In this document: positions 12,659 through 25,000 of the stretch, in pieces | Layout: every line of letters begins with the position of its first letter | Position numbering within the stretch: the first letter of the stretch is position 1 | Assembly (NCBI GenBank): GCA_003344405.1 | Contig: NOWV01000182.1 | Span: forward strand, 1 to 64,000 | From: Trichoplax sp. H2 | Taxonomy: Eukaryota | DNA length: 64,000 bases | Direction of reading: 5' to 3' | Translations under genes and position numbers: made by a program | Notes under the pieces: generated by a model | What the model saw: only the letters and a program-made list of their open reading frames with translations | The model's database searches: none | What the model was told of the DNA's origin: nothing

Positions 12659-15600
12659 ATGAAGGTTTTTCGTGCTATTGCCTTGACTCTATGGTGGGTC
12701 ATGCATTTGGCAACGATACCGAGTTATGCTGATCTGCTACAACAACAATCATTTCCTTCTTTGTCACATAGCAAAGACAAACATCATTCATTTATTCCTC
12801 GTCTTCAAGTCGATGGAGTGGAAACTCACTGGCCATTAACATCTCCTACAGTAACACTGTCGATTGATTTCTATGGGCAAGAGTTAATCATCGATTTAAG
12901 ACGAAATGATCGATTAATCCCTGAAAACTTCCATCATACTTATCAAGGGAACGATGAAACAGTTCGCCATCAAGGTTTATTTCAACCCTTTTGCCATTAC
13001 CATGGCAGGATTAGAGCTTCTACTAGCCACCAGGTAGTAGCCTTAATGAATCAACTTCAGGCATTCAATTTATTTAATCATTACTGCAATAAAGTAATTA
13101 TGCTCATAAAAACGAGATCTGAAGGAGAAATCGATTCGCTCTTCCAGTATACAGTATAGTGTGTAGCCAATCCAATAATCTCGATCAATTACCATATTTC
13201 GAACTTTATCCTTAAACATATATGTTAATAAACAAGTAAACAGTCTGTAACTTGTCAAGTTTTCGACATTGAAAAATGCCCATTTGTATTTCCGAACTTG
13301 AAATTACTATAACACGGCCATTAGCATATTTTCTCATCACAGCCGGCAGTTCGATCATTCATTTTTACTTTTTACCATGACTCCATGCTCGCAATGTTTC
13401 ACACATACACTACATCAAAGCTAATTTTCACCACAGTCTACTCGTACTATGTAAATACTGCACCAGTTCTTCTTTTTCTAGCTCGCTTTCAGTATATTTT
13501 ATATTATCATCCATGACAGGTTATCATCCGTGTTATTAACTCCTTTCTACTGCACTGTAAACAATTTCACAGTTATTTTTATACCTTGACTATTGATTTA
13601 TGACATTTGCAAATACTAGAATTTACAAAATAGACCGTCGTCAGTGGAAAGAAATAGACTAATATTAACTTCTAATGGTTGATTAGAATAATAGTTTACA
13701 ATTGGTAAATACAATTAGATTAGATACTATAATACAAATACGGGAAGAAGCAACGCGAAATTGAAACTACGTTAGAACAGATAGGCAAGTGCGAATGATT
13801 TCGACTATCAAGTTTGCAATAGAACTTTTCCAAACGGAAACTTGAAACCAATCAGTTATTAGGTGTTGGTTAAAAAGCGATCGCAAATATTGTATACGCC
13901 AACAATCATTATTAAAAGTGAGAATTTGCGTTGGGTAACAGTACTCTGAACTGCTATGTATGTACTCTAGAATACTAAGGCTAATTCTTAGCTGACATCT
14001 TAAATTTAATGTAAGAGGCGATATCATTTGCTTATGCTGCTCTTTACACCCTATTCAATCACACCTTTCTAGCAATAAAACTTGCTACCTAATATCCTAT
14101 TGAACAAATCGAAAATTTTCCGTTACAACAAATAATGAAGAAAATCTGAATATTTTTATCTTCCTTTACAATACTGAGTTGATCACGACAACACATCAAC
14201 TGTCGCTTTCACCAAAAACAATTTCGACCCCCTTTTTGACAAATGATATCCTCCAAGAGCCAAGATTCGGGTAGGCCCGTACCCTATGGAAGGAATCGGT
14301 ACTGGAAAGGATTTGTACTGTACGATGAAATCATCCTATCAAAATTAAAATATTTCACATACGTATTGACAAGGATAATGCCCTTAGTTACCTATAATTA
14401 AATTGTTGTCGATTGATCAATGACAGATTTTAACACAATATTCTCACAGGGTGTACATCCGCATAAGAAAAATGACTACTCGCAGTTTACAGTCGCTTTA
14501 TTAAATTAGTATAAGCAATAGTAAAGTAGCAACGAATTCGCTTTCAAGCACTTTCCAACTCCGTAGCAGCACTACCAATAATACAAAAGTTTAGAGACGT
14601 TATATGCAGGCATGCATTACTCTCTCGATATAATGTAATGTTATATAGTGTTCTAATGCTACATTGAAGTAAGCGTAGCAACCTCAAATGTGCCTTATTA
14701 GTGGATTACAGTAAATTAATTTTTTTATACTATGAGTATGCTATTCCTTGAATAATTTAATCATTCTATTGCTTTTTCCATTGGAAATAGTCACAAATAG
14801 ACAACGCGGCCATCAGTGCTTGCCAAGGTATTTCAGGCGTCTTTCAATACAAAAATCGAGATTACGGCATCAAACAACTCAACGATAAAATTCATAGCAT
14901 CTATCCTTTAAGTGATCTCTACAGCAAGCTCAACAATCCAGGTAAACCTTTGAAATTGATTGACAAGATCCACACCAGTAAGTACAATAAACTGCCGATT
15001 CAACAAGAGAACAATCACGCTCGTCAACGGCGGAATGTTTTAAGTCAAACCTTGTATGTAGAAATGGTTGTAGTCAATGATAAACGATCATACGGATTAT
15101 TTAATAATATCACCGCTGTAGAGAGCTACACTATCCAAGTAAGTATTCAAAGCTAACCGAATTGTTATTATTTTAATTTTCAGGGCAGAATAAATATTTG
15201 AACCATCCGTACTCTCATCTGTAAATTAAGCATAATGACTCAACACCTAAGTAAATACAATTATATGACAGCCACTTCATTCTTACCGTTGGTAGTAATA
15301 TATCACACGCTAATAGTAATTTTGAATAAGCTAGACAATGTCCAGCGTAGATATCCACAAGGCAAAAACGAGAAACTCTTACGTGGTGGTAGCTTGATTT
15401 TTACCCTTCGCTATAGCAATATTCATTCATACAACTAGTTAATCGCTGCAAAATCATTTAGACACACATAGCTGACGCTTTTGTTTTTGTTTCGTATCTA
15501 CTTTATCACTGTATTGCTTTTATAACCATCATCGACTGTTCATTTGGTTTCATGATTACCTTACTACGAATTTAATTCTAGGTAATTAACACGGTGGATT

Positions 15601-17987
15601 TACGCTATAAGGCTATTAACGTTCGCGTTCTACTCGTTGGCATTGTTACCTGGTCACAGCAAGACCAAATTAACGTGACTGATAGTGGAACTGCTACCCT
15701 AAGTCAATTTTCAGATTATGCTATTAAAACCTTACGATTAACAAATCCCTACGACAGTGCACAATTATTCACTGGTATCTTCCTTAAAAATGAAGCAGGT
15801 AAGAAAAATGACTGTATGACAGGTTACTCCATCGTATACCGTAAGTAGCAAGTCCTGACAAGCCAATATAAGCTTAAATGTTGATTAATTATCATGACCA
15901 TTCTCAATATAGGCTTAAATATTGATTATCATTACCATTCTCAGGTATTGCCTATCTGTCTAGCATGTGCTATGGTAATTCCGTAGGTGTTATTGAGAAT
16001 ACTCTCAATATTCCCGCTGACACTATCGTCTCAGCGCATGAATTGGGCCACAACTTTGGCATGGATCATGACAACAGCCGCCACTGCTCGTGCACATTCC
16101 AACCAGCCAATGCTACCAGTTGTATCATGGCTGCTATGGTCAGCCAGCCTTATGCGCAAACTTTTTCAAACTGCAGCGTCGCGGAAATGAAGAGTGGCCT
16201 TTCTCAAGGATTAGGATCATGTCTATGGAATATTCCAACTAAATTATTTACTAATCCAATATGCGGTAACGGTATACGAGAAACCGGAGAAGAATGCGAT
16301 TGTGGCTCACCAGCAGAATGTACAAGCAATTGCTGTAATGCCTCAACATGTAAATTGCATGCATCTGCTCAATGTGCAACTGGTCCTTGCTGTTCTAACT
16401 GTACATTTAAACAGAGATCGACACTTTGTCGTGCTGTAAGCAATGATTGCGATCTACCGGAATACTGTAGCGGAAATTCTGCTGAATGCCCAACTAATAT
16501 ATATAAGCAATCATCAACTAACTGTGGAAATAACACTGGATACTGCTATAAGGGGGCTTGCTTTACAGCCAACGCTCAATGTCGTCTGTTTTGGGGATCA
16601 ACTGGAAGAGAAGCGGATAATTTATGCTGGAATATACTCAATACTCGAGGAAAGCCTGAAGGTTACTGCCAAAGAATTGCCAGTGGTCAGTATATTCCAT
16701 GTGCCCCAGCTGATATTAAATGCGGAAAGCTGCAATGCGATTCTTCAACTAATTACCCACTTATTGCAATAATTGGCAACATAACTATAATATCATTTAC
16801 GCAGGTACAGTAATTTATAAAGTCATCCATAGTATTCGCCCAATAAATTTACTATGTACGAAAATCAATTCGCCAAACTAAATTCCATATATAGCCTAAT
16901 GTACGCTTCCAACTTTGAAATTAGGGAGCAGTAACATCATATTGTAAAAGCTTCACTGCCGATATAGGCGATAGCACTCAAGACCCTGGATCAGTTTTAG
17001 ATGGCACTAAATGCGGTAATCAAAAAATTTGCTTCAAGCAGCAATGCCGAAGCATCACGGCAGTATTAAACATTACACAATGTGATCCAGCTGACTGTTC
17101 CAATCATGGGGTAAGAATTATTTAACGATTCTAATTCATACTTTTATCAGCATAGCAAGTATTGGCAGGACTACACAAGAAATACTTCACCCCGCCATAT
17201 CCCTCTTTTGTATAGGGGATAAGGATAGTGCTGAAAAATTTCTTGAATGGTCCCTGGTGCCACTCAACATATTATACTGTATCATCCGCACTATCATTAC
17301 TCGGATATCACATCTGCTTCATTTCGCTGCTGCTGTATGTAGATATGCAATAATAAAGGACATTGCCACTGCGATTCTGGATATGCTCCTCCTAACTGCA
17401 GCAATCCTGGCAATGGAGGCAGTATAGATAGTCATGGAAATTCTACCGTTGCAACAGCTACAGGTAAAATTTGGAGAAGAACCAGCTTGTCCTTGTATCT
17501 TGAAGCTATTTTCTTTTAAGTAGTTCTCAGTTATATTTATACACTAATTCACACGTCATTGTTCTAATTATCGTATACCCTAAAATGTGATATTATTGCC
17601 TTATAACATATTTGTATTTTATTTACGCTTCATCGCTCTTTGCCTGCGATTTATTTAAATCGACTAATGAATGAATCTACGTAATCGGATTTCAAAATAT
17701 CATTGATTTGGTATGTTGTACTCACGAGCTGAAAGCATGCATTGGTTCCATTGAATTGGATTTAGCTACAGTAGCATCACAGATTCAACTATATGTTAAA
17801 TTTAATCCGCTTGTTTGTAGAATTATTTCTATTTTATTGATAAAAGTTTTTCTTCAAAATTTTCAATCTTATAGATCTCGTCGTTATATCTCCGTCAGCA
17901 ACTACACCAAATGGTACAATACGAAATCAAGGCATTCAAAGCATTTATCTAACACTGCTGTGGTTTGCACTATTTCTGTTGATTTAA
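12659..17987 (+). CDS. ADAM metalloprotease 'ADAM-B', about 739 aa, 7 exons, very short stalk, GPI-type signal
   Basis: Exons 12659-13033, 14791-15138, 15582-15798, 15945-16804, 16925-17110, 17343-17463, 17875-17987 (2220 nt in frame). Signal peptide MKVFRAIALTLWWVMHL, furin site RQRR|NVL, HELGHNFGMDHD, CIM, CDLPEYC, EGF, C-terminus ..TTPNGTIRNQGIQSIYLTLLWFALFLLI*. Confidence 0.92.
15865..15944 (+). repeat. Tandem duplication of about 40 bp at the 3' end of ADAM-B intron 3
   Basis: AATATAAGCTTAAATGTTGATTAATTATCATGACCATTCTC followed by AATATAGGCTTAAATATTGATTATCATTACCATTCTCAG. Confidence 0.8.
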
Positions 17988-18032
17988 TACTTCTAAATCT
18001 GAAATTGTATACTACAGCGATAACAACTAGTG

Positions 18033-19094
18033 CTTTTATCCTCATTCCGATGAATTTGGAATCGGGCTAAAGTAATCACTTAAATATGTGTAGTACTGTG
18101 TAACAGTTTTATCCTAGCTTTGGTATATATTCATATCAAGTATTGTAGAAGTGCTAGATACCCCATGGATGTACTAGAGTTTCAAATAAAACAGTAAATT
18201 TAATAACTTTACTCAGTAACGATCTAGCTACTACACAGTACACGGTATAAAGTTACTGAACCTCTGACAGGTCTACGACAAATGGTAATACTATCTGTTA
18301 AATGAGCACATTATCGTAAACCGTCAGCAAAGCGACGGGAGTTTGCACTAGTATATTTTCAAACTTGCTAGACCCAAGCATTACACAGTACACGGTATAA
18401 AGTTACTGAACCTCTGACAGGTCTACTGAGTACGACAAATGGTAATACTATCTGTTAAATGAGCACATTATCGTAAACCCTCAGCAAAGCGACGGGAGTT
18501 TGCACTAGTATTCATTATTTATACGCATCATTGAATAAGCCATTTTCTCTTGCACCTCAATCACTGCAACAATAAAATTAAAAGTGTTAATGTTACAAGA
18601 TGCAATACGGCTATTTCTTTCTTACTTTNNNNNNNNNNNNNNNNNNNNCTTTTATCCTCATTCCGATGAATTTGGAATCGGGCTAAAGTAATCACTTAAA
18701 TATGTGTAGTACTGTGTAACAGTTTTATCCTAGCTTTGGTATATATTCATATCAAGTATTGTAGAAGTGCTAGATACCCCATGGATGTACTAGAGTTTCA
18801 AATAAAACAGTAAATTTAATAACTTTACTCAGTAACGATCTAGCTACTACACAGTACACGGTATAAAGTTACTGAACCTCTGATAGGTCTACTGAGTACG
18901 ACAAATGGTAATACTATCTGTTAAATGAGCACATTATCGTAAACCGTCAGCAAAGCGACGGGAGTTTGCACTAGTATTCATTATTTATACGCATCATTGA
19001 ATAAGCCATTTTCTCTTGCACCTCAATCACTGCAACAATAAAATTAAAAGTGTTAATGTTACAAGATGCAATACGGCTATTTCTTTCTTACTTT
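18033..19094. repeat. Near-identical sequence on both sides of a 20-N gap (18629-18648); probable uncollapsed haplotype overlap
   Basis: 18033-18628 matches 18649-19094, except that the left copy carries an extra ~150-bp internal duplication (18232-18354 / 18383-18511). Confidence 0.85.
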
Positions 19095-19764
19095 GGATCG
19101 ATTGATCAATTACGCTATCATGATTGAGCTATGCTTTTAACGTAGCATGAAACGATAAAATTGAACATTAATGAACTCTAATTATGTTAGTGGCGTTGCG
19201 AATAAGATTCATATGACCACATTATGAGAAAATTGTGTTCATATTAATACATTTGATTTCTTGATCTTTGTCGAAAAGGCACCATATTAACGTACTTCTG
19301 TCAATGCATTTATTACCTTATTACTATCGTAGATGACCTATTTTTTATTTATGAGAGTACTCTATATAGACTAATAGCAGCGTGTAATGTAACTAGTATT
19401 GTGATTGTAGACTGTTAGCCATCTTTAGTATAATGTACGATAGATATTTATTCTAAGAGATATTTGGTAGCTATAACTATAGACTGTAGTGGTATAGACT
19501 CTATGCTAGAGTACAGATGGCTATATACAGTAAATTGTTGAGTTACTAATAAGACTATAGGTAAAAATAGAACTGTAAATCATATTTCAGGATATGGTTA
19601 ATTCATTGTACTTTGGCTGGTGTGAATAATGTCTGCGTAAGTACTGTAGTCGTATCCATATTGGATTAATGATGGTCCGCAGTAGAATAGTCTTACTAAG
19701 AATAATTTAACTATGTGTAATATAAGGTAAAAGGTTGCCATTCGGATTGTAGCTGCGAATGCTA

Positions 19765-19930
19765 CGAAAAGTATAAAAGCATGCAACTTTAGATTATTTC
19801 AGTTAGTTCGTTGTAGAAGTCATTAGTAGTAGTATTCGGCTATAGTAGAACTGTGTGCAGTTAATCTTTGTATGAGATTCATTAAAGCCCTTATTTTTCT
19901 AAAATTTGGAATCTCGTGATTGGTATATAT
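19765..19930. repeat. Dispersed repeat, copy 1 (copy 2 at 48876-49038)
   Basis: AAAGTATAAAAGCATGCAACTTTAGATTATT...AAAGCCCTTATTTTTCTAAAATTTGGAAT.TCGTGATTGGTATATAT is shared between the two loci in the same orientation. Confidence 0.85.
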
Positions 19931-22066
19931 ATACTCAGCGGTATTTCGATAACGATAACTTAAATTTTCAAACAATTCTTGATATATAACTAAAGTTTCC
20001 AAGCAGCATAAGATATACAACTAGTAACATAATCAATAACTACGGAAAAGGGATAAATTAATAACCTTGCCCCATAAGAATAATGTCAATATACTCTAAT
20101 CGTCCAATATAGGATGAAAGGAAAGGTTGTACTACTCATCATAAGCATAAATTATAATTATCAACACAACCCGCTGGTCTGGTAATACTTGTTGGTGCTT
20201 GAAACTTTTTAAAATATATAGAACCTTTGTTCTGCTAAGTAAAGGCACATTATATCTTTATTATCCAGCAATGTCTTATTCAGTTATAAATATCAGAAAT
20301 CGTATAATAAAATGAGTTAGAGATCTACAGGAAAATGATGAAAGCCACCTGCTACTCATGTACAATATTGGCCAAATTAAATATTTTGAAAGGAAGATAA
20401 TAATTGTTACGTCAGAATATCCCATCGAGCAAGAAAATAACAGTAAAATAAATGAAATCTCTGCAGCACCATTTAGGAAATAATAAATGATGATTGCTCT
20501 CCTTATTATTTTAGTAAAAGATTTGATAGATAGATAGTATATCCTTGTTGGTCTAATCATAGAAAATAGTCAATTACTCGATGATATCCCAGTGTGCTAA
20601 AAATAAATAGCTGTATCTCTATTATCGTCTACATCGAGCACGACTGAAAACAGTAGACGATGAATATTAAACAATACAGCCATCATCTGTATTTTCATGC
20701 TAACCAAAATGCTAAATGAGAGCCCTACCAACGTTCTGCATTTGTTTTAAATGCTTAACTGGGTTATATTATACTTTCTTTTAACGTATGCATGTAGTGA
20801 GCGAAAATGATTAAGAGGATATTACATATGAACCCTTAGGAAGTTACTATGAAATGACAGGATACCTCTGTTAGGTTGATCAAGAAAAGAAAACCCAGTA
20901 ACCCAGCGAGTTGCATCATCTTTCTATTCATTATTCATATTCAACATGATCTAAAATAGTAAACGCTTATTACTACGATACTAAATTATTGCCTTTAGTG
21001 AAATGATGTTCATAAGGGAAAAATTCTCTTTGTTATCCTAGATAATACAGAGCTTAGTTTGTCTTTCAAGATTATACCCTATCCCTCTATGATCAATTAA
21101 CACTCACAAAAATCTGTCTTGATGGAACATTATAATTCATCGACTCTGCGAATCTATCAATGTACCTAATCTTTAAACTTTAATGACAATCCATACTGAT
21201 GTAATTAATAGTTAATGCCTTTCACTACGGCAACATTGGGCATTGATTAATACTTATGTACACTCACAATTATTTATCTAGGACTTGATAATAAAATAAG
21301 GTTGAACAATGCTTCGGTGTTAACTTTTAGATAATATTTGTTATAAGCATCCGACATAAACTATTGCCGTATTCAACTCATCCTCCATCAAACGAGTCAT
21401 TAATAAATATATCGTCCAATTCTTTCATAAGATAAATCATTACTATTATCTCTGACTACAATAAAGTATCGAATTTACTATACTCCAAACTTCAGTCTAG
21501 AGGATAAAAATGGGCAAGACTAATTTTAAAAATTTTTTTCAATAACTTCAATAATTTACTTTTGAATGGAACGACCTCATGGTGTTTTTAGTTTATCCTG
21601 ATTTTCTTCTATACATTGGGTGTCGACGGACTCCAGCAGAGAGAAGAAGATGAAAAGGTCAATATCCGCCATGAAGAAAGAAAGAGTATCCGTACTGGAT
21701 CATGTTTCCAATCATCATGTTTTATGATGATCGAGTCAGTCGCTAAATATAGCCTACCTATATCCCATAATAGGTTTAATTAACTAACAACGAACTCTCG
21801 AATCTGATTTCCCACTTGGATATCTGTAGTGCGGTCGTATTTTGAAGCTAATCATTTATCAGTTGAATAATTTTTATGGTTCTTATCTGATTCCCCTAAC
21901 TACTGAACTATTTTACAACTAGCCTCTCATATTCCTCTACATCGCTTTAGTAAGATATTTGCTTATCATTATTTTTAATTTGTTTTAAATAGTACATTTG
22001 AACTAAAGTAACTAATAAATTTTCCTCTATTCCCTGCTATTTGTTCCGCTATCTTAGATCATAACG

Positions 22067-25000
22067 ATGCAGATTGCGTCAAGAAATGAAATTCTTGTCT
22101 ATGCGTATTTGATTGTGATCTTATCTAGCGCATTATGTACTTCAGCACAAACTTCTAGATTAACTAAAAAACAACAACATTATTTGCGATCTCAAGGTAT
22201 AGTCAATTATTACGTCTTCGAACCGTACCTGGAAGAGAAAAACCAACCCATTACATGGCCATTGACATCACCAAAATCGTCAATTACTCTTGATTTCTTT
22301 GGTTCTGAACTAACATTTGATCTGAAATTAAACGATGGTTTACTAAGCCGCCATTTTCACCACACGTATCAGCAAGGCCAAGATAAGAAGCGTGTAGAAG
22401 GTTTATCGCGTCCATTTTGTTACTATCATGGTCAAATTAGACAAGCAGAACATGTAAGTAAACCATTCACATTTATGCCATCTTGAATCATAATCTAAAA
22501 CGTGGCATACGTTAGCCATAATCACTAGTTCGTACATTGTTTCAGTCTTCAAATCGCACGATGAAAATACGAACATTTTGTAGGACCAAATCAGTGGAAT
22601 GACCAAATAAAATATAGCTACACTTACATACCTATATAAGGAATAATCGATCAACACGATATTAAATTGAACATGTTAACAATGAATACATTTCATCCCC
22701 ATCAGTTTAGCCTCAACTGAAAAAATAACTCATCAGAGCGATAAACAAGAATGGGATGTAAATAAATTCCTTGCATAACAACATCCATATTGAATAGTTA
22801 AATAACATGTTATCGTAGAAGTAATAAATTCATCACTGTATCCATGCTAGGCAATTAGGTACCGTACATACACTTTAGTCATTTTCCAATCGATTCACCA
22901 TCAAGTTTCTCCAGTATCATGATAAAAATAAATAATCCTATACTTATTGCTGAGTTATGCATCTGTATAATACTCGACATACAGTTGAGTAGCAATCCTA
23001 ACAAGATCGAGTCTTATCCACATGTATATGAGAATCTACTGTACTGTGTACTGTATACGTGCTGTATAGTCAAGAGTATTTAATGACTGGGACTGCAAAA
23101 AATATATTCACCACATACATACCATCCATAATTCATAATCGAACAACATAAACCTGCTTGTCAGAGGGACTAAGTCACAGTTAGTAAAAAATCAAATAAT
23201 GACCCATTTCTGGAACTAGAAATTGAATTCCAATCACATCCGTGTTGTATGTTGATAATCTTATCGCTACTGTAATTGATGGAAGCAATTTTCATTGGAT
23301 CCATTTCCAACGATAAAGTTAATTAATGAATCTTAAACAAAACTGTTTTTCCATACCCGTACTAGGCAGTGGGGTATTTACTTACAAAATTACCCAGAAT
23401 AACTACCGTACTATTCATGCATATCTTCATAAATTATAGTTAGACACGATTTTATTAGCGATAAGAATTGCAAAGGAACAGGACTTGTTCATATGCATTT
23501 CTATACTTTTGACTCAACTAATTTCTCATCACGGCTTGGATAAGCAAAAACAAGTTTTATTCATTGCATGTTTCCATACTGTAAGATCGAACGATAATTC
23601 ATAACTAAGACTATAAATTGTAGTTAAACCTAATCAATGCAATTTTATACACGTCCAATGTATATAATATGTTTAGTGTAACATATATGATGCATAATCT
23701 AATAATTTCTTTCGACCGGAACGAAATAAATCTATATCATATACGCTTATACAACCGATAAATAGCGAAATAATATCTTGTTTTCAGAACTGCTAGAGAA
23801 AGTTGGAAGTACATGCTGTATATTAACACTTCCAGTATTTAGAGGAAGTCTATGTATGTACAGTAATACAAATGAGCCTTCATCGTATACTGCAATAGAA
23901 GAAGCATCCTTACAGATATCATTAAATTTGTTTTATATTTCTAAATCTATTTCTGTTTATTCCTTATTTGTAAGACTCAAGATCATGTTGCTATAGCGGC
24001 ATGTCGGGGATTAGAGGGAACATTCGAATATCGTGGAAAGAACTATGCAATTCTACCTGTTGATAACCAAATTCATATCCTTTATCGCCAAGAGGACAGC
24101 CATGACAGTTTAAACGATTTTACTCGACAACATCGATGTGATTATGCTGTTGCAGAGGGGAATGATGATAGGCGTAAGATGATGCAAGAACAAAGGCAAG
24201 CCAGTCATCAACGCCGACGTCGTAATGCTCTTAACGAAACCAAATATTTGGAATTAGTTTTAGTCAACGATAAGCGATCTTACGATTTATTTAATGGTAA
24301 TTTGGCAACACTGGAAAGTCATACTATTCAAGTAAGTACGATGATTTAATAGCCTAATTATACAGTAAAACTAATTTCTCATACGTCTGGCTTACGCTTT
24401 TTGACCCGATTACATTGCCTCCATGAATTAGAAAATCTGATCAATTTTGAATAGATTAGAACATTAAGTATGATTAGGTTACATATGAAAAATTTTGAGA
24501 TTCTCCTCCCTTAATCATTTTTATTATCTTTCGAGCTTAAAAAATCAATTATAAACCCCTATCACTATGTACATTAGGAAAATCACGATATTAGATATTT
24601 CAGATAAGCACTCTTAACTGTAGTCAACTATATCATAATTAGTATTCGGCTTTTAATCAAACCCGCAGCTTAGTACTATTTCATTGTTGATATGATGCGA
24701 TAAATAATTTAATTACCTGAACTTCAAATAATTTTTTATTCGGATTTTAATATATACGCATAATCTAATAAAATAAAAGGCAATTACCCGAATAAACAGC
24801 CTGAAATAAGACCGATTTATTGACAGAAAAGATGTATTCCTGTAAAAACCAGTGTTGGAGCTGATTACTCATTAGCATAAGCCACAATATGTTTCAAGTT
24901 TTTAAATTCTTGTTACATGCCTCTCAACACCGTTGCTAGAAATAATACCATAAAAATGACTAAATTTACTCATTATAAGAAGTCTTTAAAGGTCAAATAG

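Noticed and set aside
17176-17245. Weak hairpin in ADAM-B intron 5 (CAAGAAAT..ATTTCTTG, TATCCC..GGGATA)
   Set aside because: Pairing is short and interrupted, and there is no second copy in the window.
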